From a virus, in IMG/VR virus record IMGVR_UViG_3300025930_000008, positions 43,023-107,022 of that record: a DNA stretch of 64,000 nucleotides. The stretch is one strand, 5' to 3'. This document shows positions 44,101 to 53,633 of the stretch, piece after piece; within the stretch, counting starts at the first letter, position 1; every line of letters begins with the position of its first letter. A program made the position numbers and the translations under genes. Under the pieces are notes generated by a model that was not told the DNA's origin, searched no databases, and saw nothing but the letters and a program-made list of their open reading frames with translations.

Positions 44101-45675
44101 ATCGACCGTAGTCTTTTCAAACTCTAGACCACCGGTTACGTCCTGATATGGTGAGGCAGTCTGGTATACGTCGATCTGAACGTTACGAGTACCTAGAGCA
44201 TGGGTGACTGTAAAGGTACGAGCGACGCCATCGCCGATAGGTACCGAGAATTGAGCACCACCGGCAGTACCCCCACCTCCACCGCCGCCAGGAATGGTGA
44301 CAACGGTTTTATTGTTAGACGAGTCGTCTGTGACAGTGACACCGGCACCAGAGAAATCAAGATTTGGACGATTGGTGCGGGCAATACCCTCGTCCATAAT
44401 GGTATGACCAGCGCTACCCCACGTTGTATCGTAATCAGTAGCTGATGCTTTGACTAATGCCTGGCCCGTAGTACCTCCTGTGGGTACGCCTGGTCCCGCA
44501 GCGCCAGTGGGTCCGCTTGCTCCTTGAGGGCCGGTTGGCCCCGTAGCTCCGGTAGCTCCTGCTGGACCCGTCGCGCCTGTTGGACCTTGTGGACCCTGCG
44601 CTCCCGCTGCCCCCTGGGGGCCGGGGATACCCTGTGGGCCAATAAGTACGCCGCCGCTGATGGTGACACCGCTGACTTTGACGATGTATGCCAACACTAC
44701 ATATGGCGGCATGTTGTTGTGAGTGAGGCCACCACCTGTGTTAGTAGTTCCTGAAATGCCAGTGAAAGCTGATGCCGTGTTAATAACCCACGCGCCGAGC
44801 GGGGCTGCGTTGTGCGGAGGAATACCACTACCAGAGTTGGTAGGTCCGGCTGCTGTCGTATATGGTGCGGTGGCACCGTGAATGTGGCCCGGGTCATTGA
44901 TCGTGTGACTGTGGGCCGGAACCTCTGAGGTTATAAGACTGTGGGTTTCCTCGCCAGGATTTGCAAGCGCAGGATTTGTCTGAGATTTAGTACCGACTGT
45001 ACGAGAGCCGCTAGCAAAAATGAAACGATTGCTAAGGTCAGGGACTACGAAAGTTCCTGCCCCGGCGTTATAGTCCCAAAGAGTGCTTCCCCCGTCCTTT
45101 TGTGACTTGGCGAAATCATAGCCATCTGGGTATGCTGCACGGGTAAGAGACTGACCGTTGGCTAGAACATAGTCAGTAGGGATAGTATTCCCCGTCCAAG
45201 CCATGACCATACCGATACGACCGGTATCCATGCCTCCACCGCCACCAGCACCGGCTTTGAACACCTGATCTGAGTCATTCCAAACGAGGCTCTCACCATT
45301 GTTGATATCTGTCAGATCAACAGGAGCTAGACGCATCCCACGGTCGTCATAAATCTTGCTAGAATCCAGGCGCATTTCGCCTGGGTCCATAACCGTGATA
45401 TCAAAATCCTCAACCTCTGTGAAGGCAATACCACCATTCTGTGGTAAAGCCTTGTAGCCATGCACACGGCTACAGAGATTCCATGTAACGTTGTCGATTG
45501 GATCGCGTGTTATCGACCAAACCTCGCCGGTCTGAGGCCAGCGGAAGCTAGGCGGCACGTCTAGAATAGAAACGTAGACTAATCCGCCGTCGCGGAGTTT
45601 GCCCTGAATCTGTTTAGTCTGTGGATAAGCGGATAGGACTTCTATCCACTGTTTATCAGGACCGTATACTCTCAT
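41167..45675 (-). CDS. central spike/fibre: collar domain, collagen Gly-X-Y, four tandem two-domain modules
   Basis: G.V.AW.G..IP..Y..ANG..PDL..RF..GEE.H..HNNMPPY collar; GXY run about 44490-44640; 4x (GDG..TH.L.TRN + FTLP.GYRP). Confidence 0.85.
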   Translation of the reverse strand: MRVYGPDKQWIEVLSAYPQTKQIQGKLRDGGLVYVSILDVPPSFRWPQTGEVWSITRDPIDNVTWNLCSRVHGYKALPQNGGIAFTEVEDFDITVMDPGEMRLDSSKIYDDRGMRLAPVDLTDINNGESLVWNDSDQVFKAGAGGGGGMDTGRIGMVMAWTGNTIPTDYVLANGQSLTRAAYPDGYDFAKSQKDGGSTLWDYNAGAGTFVVPDLSNRFIFASGSRTVGTKSQTNPALANPGEETHSLITSEVPAHSHTINDPGHIHGATAPYTTAAGPTNSGSGIPPHNAAPLGAWVINTASAFTGISGTTNTGGGLTHNNMPPYVVLAYIVKVSGVTISGGVLIGPQGIPGPQGAAGAQGPQGPTGATGPAGATGATGPTGPQGASGPTGAAGPGVPTGGTTGQALVKASATDYDTTWGSAGHTIMDEGIARTNRPNLDFSGAGVTVTDDSSNNKTVVTIPGGGGGGGTAGGAQFSVPIGDGVARTFTVTHALGTRNVQIDVYQTASPYQDVTGGLEFEKTTVDQITIRTSAGLAPIALNEYTVVVSGPGAAITQQNLDPWHVVGTAGEPGFVNSWTSFGGIYGPVSFRKDPLGKVQMRGTISGGTTGTTVFTLPAGYRPPTFQYLPVLGDGGAAGNFISIDNTGVVAGVRAGTNLHLMNVEFDTDSVTTLPAGPPGTSGNSWSAVIGDGTSKTFTLTHGMGTRNVNVACYQTASPFSEVEVEVERTTPSVVTVKTSATSAAPTTGQYTVVITGPGAAVSSQTIDSWHYVGTAGEPAFGTNWTSWAAFSGGVAFRKLPDGTVQLKGVCLASAAASSTLFTLPAGYRPSGPLIIGNRYGEPNTPGRLDIATTGVISVTVGNTASGGWESLDGLSFIAEDIPVTTLPAGPPGGQSYTQVFGDGTSKVFTISHNLASWNVNAFVRETNSPRAYVPAEIEYTDQNTLTIRTATATAAPTTGQYTVVVNGPGAVLTQQTMDTWHIVGNSGEPAFQNSWTSYDAGASFQVPRFRKYPDGIVKIEGSAKGGASGTVMFTLPAGYRPPKQLRFDPHGSSNTSTAWTQVNIAADGSVFAWGDATATLLSLDGIEFDTDSVTTLPAGPQGVPGGTSFSTIIGDGATRTFAIDHNLATRNIAVSVYETNSPWSEVTAEIERNSLNQVTVKFNPATPAPSQNQYTVVCSGPGNVTLTQQAMDPWHLVGGSGEPAFQNGYTNHTVGTYQSAAFRKDPLGKVQVRGLVKGGTTNAVIFTLPVGYRPAFNAWFTTDNGGTYARLIVNPSGQVFNDFPASAAGALSLDVIEFDTDSVSTLLAGPQGPPGPAGNLPAKVSVLPTTGLSDGLEVHFQDATMAAQGVVWHLRYNQSSASTYKWEVVGGSPIYVAIATAAAIAVTTGGWSDLTASVGPSYTTPLAGDWDISAGATSSWGASANAYHAIAATVAGTPLVLDQYTETSGAVFGGIQGLNGDTRVTSVATSSLIKMQYNNSGGVNSSTPTYSNRWMKVMPVRVG

Positions 45676-48600
45676 CTACCACCCGCGCACCATGCCTCTA
45701 GAGATTTCAGGGTGGGCATTCTTCTTCATTGAAGATGGTGCGCTTAGATTAGCCTGAGTAGTAAAGCCAGCGGTGTAATCAAATGAGTGGTGTACTTCGT
45801 CAATAAACATCTGGATACCGTGACTTGGGAAGGCTACAAGACCACCCGGATACAACTCCGGCATGAAGGTAAATGAGAACGTAGTCTGGAACTGACGTGC
45901 CCACATCAGCATGAATTGCTGGTATGCATAGAATGTCTCAAAGACGTGAGAGCGGATCATGGGAGCCTCTTGGACATATGGCCGCGCTCCATACCTCTGT
46001 AAGAATTCCACGGACTTCTGATAGGTACCGAGGAATGGCTGAGTATCTTCGCCATACTCTGTCTGTAGCTCAGTTTCCTTCTGTTCCTCTTGCCCTGCAC
46101 TCGTTAGAGCGTGGGTGACTCCTGATCTAACAAAGGGGTTCTGAGTAATCTTAGGTGGATTTGACTGTGTGAGGTTTAGGAAGTCAGAAGTGCCAGCGTT
46201 GAGAATGTTAACCACGCCAGTAGTCTCCAACTTACGGGTAATCTCAATGCTCTGATTAGGAAGAGTTGCGCCGACCACATAAACATGTGTAGCCAAAGCC
46301 TCATCTGTAAGCTGAATGTTTCCTTCAAGGATTTCAATGTCGTCTATCTCCCAATATGGGGCTGTGCCCATAGTGCCAAAATAGTCTGGGTAAAATGCGA
46401 GGAAGTCTCCATCGGGGAGGCTCTGGAATGATCGCATCGTGCCCTTGATAATCTGCTCAATGAACGGCAAAAGAGGCTGGTCGTTCATGAGAGACTTGCC
46501 ACCTGTCAACAGGATTGACTCTGCTGCGTCCACAGCCTCGGGGAAGTTCAACTGAGAGAACACAGAGGCGGTCTTAGCTGCGACCAATGGGTCTACGCTG
46601 CCACCGGAAGCCTCTCCACCACCACTAGCTGTATCCTGTCCAGCTTCCCCGGCAGGGGCAGTTTCACCCTTCTGTAGCGCCTTGAATACAGCAGTAGGGT
46701 CTACGGAGCCATCCATGCCATTTGAGTCGTTACGCATGATGAAATGGACGTGGGGAGCCGGGTGGTTAGACTTCGCCAAGACCTTGCCAGCTTTTACCTT
46801 GTCGCCTGGGCTGACCATAACTTCACCAACATGGCCCCAACCGATAACGGTGCCCTTCTTAATCTCACCTACGTCCTCATCGAAGATGAAATGGACCATG
46901 CCGCCGTACCCACCGAATGCATAGCCGGATGAGGCATACTTACCGATGGTGCCGTCACACGGAGCGATACATTCTGTGCCCGTGGGAACCGGTACGTCAA
47001 TACCCATGTGCGTGTGGGGAGGGTTACCGTGATTGGCCTCACCGAACGGCGAGCTAATGTCGGTCTTACCACCCTTGATGACAGAGTAGAGTTTACGATC
47101 AGATGAACTGGCCGGAGTGTCAGTGGTTTTAGAATCCTCCCATGCCTTTAGACGAGCCTGATAATCTTCTGTACTCTCTCCCGCTCGCCTGTTAGGCTTG
47201 GCTGTGACGGTCGTGGTGCTTGGATCGGTCTGGTTGGTATCACTGCTATCCTCTGCGGTTGAGGAAGCCTTGTCCTTATCTGATTCAGATGACCCACCCT
47301 TTCCTACCGCAGCCTTAGCGGTTTCTAGATAGCGCAGATAGGTTTTCTCATGACCGGGTGTATCGGCCCCTGTATAAGTCGTCCAAGGATTCCAGTTGGT
47401 TCCGTTGCTGGAAATCTTCATCATGGCCTGGGCGTTCTTTGAAGGGACCTTCAAATCCTCTACCGTCATGCCTAGTTCGGGGTGAACGCTCTGATAAATC
47501 TGCCAGAGTCCTACACAACCGATGGAGTTGACCACCTTAGGGTTACCCTGTGATTCCGCAGAGGCGATAGCCCCGGCGATAGCAGCCTTTTCTCCCTCCA
47601 AGCCAGCTTCCTCGGCCAGAGCTACAAGCTCTGCTGTAGAGAATTCTCCCTTGGCGTCCTGTGATCCCGCTGCACCGGAGCTACTGCTTCCTGAACCTGT
47701 GCCCTTAGAACCCTCTCCGATGAAGTCTTTAAGCCACTGATTGAATTCCGCAGTAGCTTCTGTATTGGCAGCCTGTAATGAATTGAAAATTTGCTGGATA
47801 CGATCTACTAGACCAATGGGTAATTCCTCAATGAACAGATGCTTAGGGTCCCATCGCGCTATATGCTTCAAACAGGCGTAAGCCAAATCACTCATGCTGG
47901 CGGCTTGAATCTCATCAGCGGTGATAGGCTGTGCCACAGACTGAGTGGTGGAATTACTACCGTTTGCGCTGACACCTCCCACCACGGCGTCATTAATCAT
48001 GTCAGCGCGTTTCTTATAGCCCGCAGCGTTAGGATGCATACCATCTGTTAGGGTCACATCACCGTTGTCTACGACGGCCTTCCAGTCAATGATGTGTAGA
48101 TTGGAATGCTTGGCTGCCACCTGACCTAAAGCGGTATTAATAGCCGTATCGGCAGGCTTACCCGCGAGGGCTGGACGCTTGATATTGAGCCAGTAGACTG
48201 GTCGGCCATTAGCCAGGCTCATGATTGACTCAGCGCTCTTTTTGAAATTCACAGTGTCGAAGTCATTCGTGCCAAGAGAGATAACCAACTGGTCGCCTAG
48301 CTTAGACCTATTAGCCTGTAGGTTTTTGAGTCCCTGGGCGGTAGTGATACCTACCTTGGCATTGGTGGTGGCCTTGATGGTAGCCTTTTTGAGTCCATCG
48401 TCAGTGCCCACGGCCAAAGAATCTCCGTACACTTGTACATTGCCCACCGTGCCAGTGCCAGCGGTGTTAGAGCCGGGAGACTGGATATTGCCATCTGGCC
48501 CCAGCAGCCAACCATATGAAGCCATGAAGTGCATCATAAATGGCAAGCCTGGATCGAAGTAGGTGTACTGCAATCGCTTTAAGCTACAGCTAGCCGTTAC

Positions 48601-48900
48601 CGTGCATGTGCCCGGGTACATCTGGTAATACGGTACAGAGTCCAGATAGCCGGTGAATACCTGAATGGGCATTCCGGGGAGCCTCTGTAGGAAAATGGTG
48701 ATCTTATCCATCGGGCTGAACGTGTTATTCCCCGGCTGTGTGAACTGGCGATACGGGTTCTGAAAAGTAACCTCAGCCGTAGAGACTTGATTCAGTTTGC
48801 GAGAGACATTCCCTGATACAACAAGATCAGAGATATTGATTGTCTCTTTGGGGGTCTGGATATATACGTAGACTTTTGGTGAGTAAACTAAGCGGCGCAT
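45676..48900 (-). CDS. baseplate hub / tail-associated lysin: SGNH hydrolase + lytic transglycosylase + M23 peptidase
   Basis: GDSL, GTND, DGMH; AESQG..GLWQI..W.PWTTY; HMGID..HVH, inserted in a hub scaffold. Confidence 0.85.
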   Translation of the reverse strand: MRRLVYSPKVYVYIQTPKETINISDLVVSGNVSRKLNQVSTAEVTFQNPYRQFTQPGNNTFSPMDKITIFLQRLPGMPIQVFTGYLDSVPYYQMYPGTCTVTASCSLKRLQYTYFDPGLPFMMHFMASYGWLLGPDGNIQSPGSNTAGTGTVGNVQVYGDSLAVGTDDGLKKATIKATTNAKVGITTAQGLKNLQANRSKLGDQLVISLGTNDFDTVNFKKSAESIMSLANGRPVYWLNIKRPALAGKPADTAINTALGQVAAKHSNLHIIDWKAVVDNGDVTLTDGMHPNAAGYKKRADMINDAVVGGVSANGSNSTTQSVAQPITADEIQAASMSDLAYACLKHIARWDPKHLFIEELPIGLVDRIQQIFNSLQAANTEATAEFNQWLKDFIGEGSKGTGSGSSSSGAAGSQDAKGEFSTAELVALAEEAGLEGEKAAIAGAIASAESQGNPKVVNSIGCVGLWQIYQSVHPELGMTVEDLKVPSKNAQAMMKISSNGTNWNPWTTYTGADTPGHEKTYLRYLETAKAAVGKGGSSESDKDKASSTAEDSSDTNQTDPSTTTVTAKPNRRAGESTEDYQARLKAWEDSKTTDTPASSSDRKLYSVIKGGKTDISSPFGEANHGNPPHTHMGIDVPVPTGTECIAPCDGTIGKYASSGYAFGGYGGMVHFIFDEDVGEIKKGTVIGWGHVGEVMVSPGDKVKAGKVLAKSNHPAPHVHFIMRNDSNGMDGSVDPTAVFKALQKGETAPAGEAGQDTASGGGEASGGSVDPLVAAKTASVFSQLNFPEAVDAAESILLTGGKSLMNDQPLLPFIEQIIKGTMRSFQSLPDGDFLAFYPDYFGTMGTAPYWEIDDIEILEGNIQLTDEALATHVYVVGATLPNQSIEITRKLETTGVVNILNAGTSDFLNLTQSNPPKITQNPFVRSGVTHALTSAGQEEQKETELQTEYGEDTQPFLGTYQKSVEFLQRYGARPYVQEAPMIRSHVFETFYAYQQFMLMWARQFQTTFSFTFMPELYPGGLVAFPSHGIQMFIDEVHHSFDYTAGFTTQANLSAPSSMKKNAHPEISRGMVRGW

Positions 48901-50129
48901 TAGAAGTGTCTTGCTGTGAATCCTGCTGTCGGACGTGTTTGAGAGCGAGTGTGTGGTCCATCTGGCTTTCCACCTTGGCTATAGTCAGATGTGTCAGCGC
49001 GTTTGATATCACCCTGTTCAAACATAATAAAGGTGTGTTCACTGTTGGCATAGACAGTGAAGTCTGTACCCCTACCCGCTTTGCCCACGCCCATGAGAGC
49101 GTTGGAATCCATAGGGGCTTTGATATAACCACCAGCGCCTAGACATGCGGATACATAGCCAGAACAATCAAATCCTACTTGTGATTCGCCAGGTCGAATG
49201 GACTTAGATGGAACGCCTAGCTTTGCATGACCTCCACCCCAGGCATAAGGCAGATTTTGTGCGTCGATACGTCGTGCCTCTTGAAGTACGGAACCTACGC
49301 CTTCACCGCTGACAGGCACATCACCTAGACCGGGAATAAGCGCCTGTCCACCACCACCCTTGAAAGCCGCATCCTCTTGCTCTACTTTCTTGGCGGCTGC
49401 TTCCGCTTCCTTAGCGCGGATATCCTTCTGCTCTAGCAAGAGAATGTCAGGGTCAGCAACGAAGCTGACTGTGCCGGTCGTACCACGTTCCTTTTCCCAT
49501 GAGAGCGGTCGTTTCTCGTTGGGAAACTGCATTGCCATAGCGATCTTGTCTAGCTGATATGTAGGGTCCTCTAGACCTGTAGTCAAAACGCCGTGCGTAG
49601 CAGATACGATGTTGAATTCAAAGGTGAATTCAGGAGCGTTGACCCATCGCTCTGTATTCCTCTCCACCTTGAGAATGTGCCCACGCACAGAGACACCATC
49701 GTGTGCGTAGCGCTTATGTACGCTACTAAGCGTGGAGGCAACGTTACCAGAGTGAATCGTCAGATGCATAGTATTCTGCAACTTGTCTGGCACCCTAGCC
49801 CGCTGACATTGCATCTGCGCTGTGCGTACCCATTCAGCAAACTGCCCATAAAGCGCCTGATTGGGGAATTGCCCACGCACAGTCAAACGTGGCTGCACGA
49901 AGTTACGCGGGTACCACGCCCGATGCCTATGAGACTGAGCGTAGTTGCCGCCAATCTCGAAGTTTTGTTCTACCTCATGGACCCAAAGGTAAATGCTAGT
50001 GCCGTCAGGCCGGGAAAGCTGTGCCGTATGACGAGACTCTGTGGGAAGCGCCTTCTGTGGGAAGTTGACAAAATACCCTTGGTCGGTGGGCACATTGGGC
50101 GGGATATCACTTGGACCATAATTAGCCAC
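48900..50129 (-). CDS. tail protein with C-terminal NlpC/P60-like domain
   Basis: PYAWGGGH...GFDCSGYVS...HT; GTG start overlapping the upstream stop. Confidence 0.8.
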   Translation of the reverse strand: MANYGPSDIPPNVPTDQGYFVNFPQKALPTESRHTAQLSRPDGTSIYLWVHEVEQNFEIGGNYAQSHRHRAWYPRNFVQPRLTVRGQFPNQALYGQFAEWVRTAQMQCQRARVPDKLQNTMHLTIHSGNVASTLSSVHKRYAHDGVSVRGHILKVERNTERWVNAPEFTFEFNIVSATHGVLTTGLEDPTYQLDKIAMAMQFPNEKRPLSWEKERGTTGTVSFVADPDILLLEQKDIRAKEAEAAAKKVEQEDAAFKGGGGQALIPGLGDVPVSGEGVGSVLQEARRIDAQNLPYAWGGGHAKLGVPSKSIRPGESQVGFDCSGYVSACLGAGGYIKAPMDSNALMGVGKAGRGTDFTVYANSEHTFIMFEQGDIKRADTSDYSQGGKPDGPHTRSQTRPTAGFTARHF

Positions 50130-50943
50130 CCTTATTATCCCCCGTCTTAGCTGTGTCAGCCGTATCCTTATTGTCCGGCTGCTGTCCGGTGCTGGTGGAT
50201 GGCTTAGAGCCATCAAAATTCATCAAGTCTGCTAGCTCGCTGAACTGGCCTCCCATTAGCGCTGTGAACTGCTCATTCATTACTCTGGCGATTCCCTTAG
50301 GGTCTGGTTTCTCTGGTTCCTTGCCCGACCCTTCCACTTGGATACCCTTCAAGTGAGTTGCGCGTGGATATAGGTCGGCCTCTTCCTTTGTAATGACGGC
50401 GTTCGGGTCAGAAAATGGGTTCCTACGTCTGTATCCTATGTCAGCGGTCAGTCTACCGAATGCTTGTAGCCCCGTCTGGCCTGCCTGTGCATAATCTACA
50501 GTCAGTTCATCCATGATAGGGTCAGGGTCTACGATAGAAGCTTTCAACCTCCACTGTGGGATAATCACATCGCGCCCATACCGCATCCCTGGCATTTGAA
50601 TAGGCTTGATAGCTAGCGACCACCCTCTCTCGGGGTACGTCATGATGACCGGAGTCTCTACATAGCTTTCCCCCGCATAGCCCTGCGTAGCCTTGAGCAT
50701 GTATTGAAGGAACCAGGCATAGATAGTCTCCATCTCTGAGTAACTCTTGACCTCTCCGACAATCTCAAGATCGTCAATGTTAGTCGAAAGAACTTGGACC
50801 ACCTCACCAGCATATGTAGCATATGACTGTGTGTTTAGATTATAGCCCCAACTGATCTGATTGGCACCCGTGGTCACAATCAGGGTCTTAGGCAGGCCAC
50901 CGCTAGTGTCAATGCGCTCGTAATCGAAATAGATATTCGGCAT
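50122..50943 (-). CDS. tail tube initiator-like / baseplate protein
   Basis: Immediately after the tape measure; I.W.Y.LN....T..GEVVQ.LS. Confidence 0.6.
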   Translation of the reverse strand: MPNIYFDYERIDTSGGLPKTLIVTTGANQISWGYNLNTQSYATYAGEVVQVLSTNIDDLEIVGEVKSYSEMETIYAWFLQYMLKATQGYAGESYVETPVIMTYPERGWSLAIKPIQMPGMRYGRDVIIPQWRLKASIVDPDPIMDELTVDYAQAGQTGLQAFGRLTADIGYRRRNPFSDPNAVITKEEADLYPRATHLKGIQVEGSGKEPEKPDPKGIARVMNEQFTALMGGQFSELADLMNFDGSKPSTSTGQQPDNKDTADTAKTGDNKGG

Positions 50944-53240
50944 TATCCGGTTGTATTGAAGTTGTTCAAGCCTGAGTTGGACACATCGCTAAGGTTGGCT
51001 GGACCTGCTGTGCTGCCATAGGCTGTATTAGCCGGAGCGTTAGGCTCATCCCAATTGACCTTGCCGAAATCAGCCTTGTTATTGTTGACCAAAGCCTTGA
51101 AGAATTTCGCGGCTGGACCAGTGAAGGCGATTTGATACTTAGCCTGTTCCTCGGCTGCCTTTTCAGCAATCAGAGCGCGAGTACGTTTGACACGTTCCTC
51201 CGGGGTCTTTGCATCGTCTACGGCATGGCCCAATTCCTTACCCTTGATTCCGGCTCGGTGGGCTGCGGATACAAGATCGTCCCTAGTAACCGCGTTAGGA
51301 TCTTTATTTAGCTTATCCATGGTGGTTTTGCCCACCTCCGTAGAGAACTGCTTGGCAATCTCGCCTGTATCCTCTCGCCAAGTAACCTTACCGGTCGTTT
51401 CATCTACTTGCTTGTACTCAAACTTATTTTTCTGAGCATTCCAACGCTGTGACAGTTTGCGCTGAGGGTCCCTATTGATCCAATCTTGAATACGCTTTGT
51501 TGCGGACGCTGGGTCTGCTCTACCACCCGATCTATTTGCCTGCTGTTCGTAAGCCGTTAGTTCATCTTCCAGCCTACCTATGTTAGCCTGGAATCCTTGG
51601 CCCGAGCGGATTTTATCTACTGCGTCAGCGCTAATACCAAACATAGAGCCTACAGCCGTAGAAGCTGGATTATCCCCTCGTACGGTGGCTGTGCGCCCAC
51701 CACCTAGATTGACCGTCCGGGTAGCGCCCGCTTCGCCTAAGTTACTAGCGTATGCCTGGTAGTACATATTGATAGCATCTGTAGTAGCCTGCATTTTGGC
51801 ACCAGCGGGGGCTGACGCTGAGGCGAACGTAGGCAGGCCCGTAGCACCCGCCAGGAGCGCCTGTACGGTATTATTCTGTAGTAATTGATTACCCACATCA
51901 GGGGTAAGGCCAGTTGTCTCAGAAAATCGTGAACCGAATTGCACACCGCCTTGGAAGTAACCTCCTGCCTGCTGTGCTGCTTCGCCGGAGGCCGCTAACG
52001 CCTGAGCCATGGTATTTACATCGACTCTAGCTGTACGGGCTAACTCTCCAAGATTGCCAAGTTCCTTGCTCAAGTCGGCAATAGTGCCAGTCCCGGTCCT
52101 AAGTACCTGGGTGAAGGGAATAAGAGTCTGAGGGTCTAGGCCAAACTGTCTCTGCAACGGCTGCATGAACTTCAACATCACGTCAGTGCCTTGCTGCCCG
52201 GAGAATCCAGCCTGTGCGGTCGCGTTTGCTAGAGCCTCAGCCTGTTCCTTATTGGTGCCTGGTAGGAATCGTGCTGTAAGTGTGTCTCGCCACATACGCT
52301 CCCCCTGGGCACCGGCAGGAGAGAATGGTGTCTGGAAGGGTAGAGGGATACCAAACAAATCTTGGCCTGGTCCACGCCTATACCCTAGGGATGCGCCCAT
52401 TGTGTCAAAAGCCGAGAGACTAAAGCCAGTACGCTCACCAATTCGCGCCATGCCTGCTCGCGCTCTATTGAAAAGCTGCTGTATTGCGTATCCCTGTCCT
52501 GCGCGATCAGATAGGTACTGATACATTCCAGCGCTCTTATTGCGCGCCTGCGCTTCCTCAGGGTCTGTAGCTTCCAGCGCTTGCTTCATGCGCCTATCAC
52601 GTAGCTCGTTGAAAAGGTCCTGAATGTTTAGTTCACCATAACGAGGAATACGCATTCCTGTTTCTTCACCGCGCAGAGGCTCAATTTTCTTCAATAAGGG
52701 GTTATCCGGCCCGTCTACCCCCGTGACACTAGGGAAAATCTGCTCTCTAATCCCCGGCGGTAGCTTAGAAGTACGACGCAGACGCTCAGCTTCGCGCATT
52801 TCGTCACTCATAGTCTCCAAGCGTTCACGACGATCATGCTCTTGTGGACTGATGGTGCGGTTGGCTCTGTCAGCCATTTCATCCTGGCGACGATGTTCCT
52901 CATTCAAGCGGTCGCTTGTCTCTTGCTGAGTGGGCGCACGCCATCCCTCCACAGCGCCACGAATAGCACCACGGATACCGCCACCACGCTGCTGCATTTC
53001 CTGATCCCTAGCGATGGCTTGCTGCCTACGCTCGTTCTCAGTATTCATCTGCTGAGTCAGTTCGGTGAATTTTTGAGCCTGTGACAAGAAATCTGTGGCC
53101 TTCATAGCTTCAAACATCTTGCCTGCCTGCGTAAAAGCTTCCTTCATTTCACGGAAAGCTGCACTCTCCTGTGCGCTAAGAAATGAAAGGCCAACTTCTA
53201 TGCGGCCTGGTTGATCCGGGTTTCGTCCTTGTTCTGCCAT
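50943..53240 (-). CDS. tape measure protein
   Basis: 765 aa, A/G/Q-rich and helical; downstream of the chaperones. Confidence 0.75.
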   Translation of the reverse strand: MAEQGRNPDQPGRIEVGLSFLSAQESAAFREMKEAFTQAGKMFEAMKATDFLSQAQKFTELTQQMNTENERRQQAIARDQEMQQRGGGIRGAIRGAVEGWRAPTQQETSDRLNEEHRRQDEMADRANRTISPQEHDRRERLETMSDEMREAERLRRTSKLPPGIREQIFPSVTGVDGPDNPLLKKIEPLRGEETGMRIPRYGELNIQDLFNELRDRRMKQALEATDPEEAQARNKSAGMYQYLSDRAGQGYAIQQLFNRARAGMARIGERTGFSLSAFDTMGASLGYRRGPGQDLFGIPLPFQTPFSPAGAQGERMWRDTLTARFLPGTNKEQAEALANATAQAGFSGQQGTDVMLKFMQPLQRQFGLDPQTLIPFTQVLRTGTGTIADLSKELGNLGELARTARVDVNTMAQALAASGEAAQQAGGYFQGGVQFGSRFSETTGLTPDVGNQLLQNNTVQALLAGATGLPTFASASAPAGAKMQATTDAINMYYQAYASNLGEAGATRTVNLGGGRTATVRGDNPASTAVGSMFGISADAVDKIRSGQGFQANIGRLEDELTAYEQQANRSGGRADPASATKRIQDWINRDPQRKLSQRWNAQKNKFEYKQVDETTGKVTWREDTGEIAKQFSTEVGKTTMDKLNKDPNAVTRDDLVSAAHRAGIKGKELGHAVDDAKTPEERVKRTRALIAEKAAEEQAKYQIAFTGPAAKFFKALVNNNKADFGKVNWDEPNAPANTAYGSTAGPANLSDVSNSGLNNFNTTG

Positions 53241-53262
53241 ACGCCTCTTAGGAGTGCGACCC

Positions 53263-53291
53263 TTGACAAAGAACAGCTATCCTGCTATAGT
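53263..53291 (+). promoter_or_regulatory. near-consensus SigA promoter, leaderless
   Basis: TTGACA-N17 (ending TGC)-TATAGT-N6-ATG. Confidence 0.85.
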
Positions 53292-53297
53292 CGGACT

Positions 53298-53633
53298 ATG
53301 AACAAGACTGGAATGGACATAACGGCTGAAAAGCACGCTAAGTACAGAGCGAAGCATCCCCATCAGGAACCTAAGAATGAGAATCCCAGGAACAAGTCCC
53401 TGTGGCTCAACTATTCTGATGAGGATGAGACACCTGAGCCTCAGGCGGCTCCCAAGGAAGTCACGGATTTCTCGTTCTTCCCTGGTGAAAAGGACTATTA
53501 TCCTAACCTGTGGACAGCATACCAGAAGGGTGAGGTCAAGATTCGCAACCCCTTCAAGGTCATGTACGTGTTCATCATGTCGATCTTGGACAACCCGTAC
53601 TACGGGTCCAATCACAACGGCTCACCCTGGTAG
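53298..53633 (+). CDS. hypothetical protein (111 aa), antisense moron
   Basis: Own promoter; fills the chaperone-TMP gap; hydrophobic stretch near the C-terminus. Confidence 0.75.
   Translation: MNKTGMDITAEKHAKYRAKHPHQEPKNENPRNKSLWLNYSDEDETPEPQAAPKEVTDFSFFPGEKDYYPNLWTAYQKGEVKIRNPFKVMYVFIMSILDNPYYGSNHNGSPW

Noticed and set aside
42000-44640. DNA repeats or DGR template in the fibre gene
   Set aside because: The repeats are protein-level (collagen and domain duplications), diverged at all bases, and no reverse transcriptase is present.
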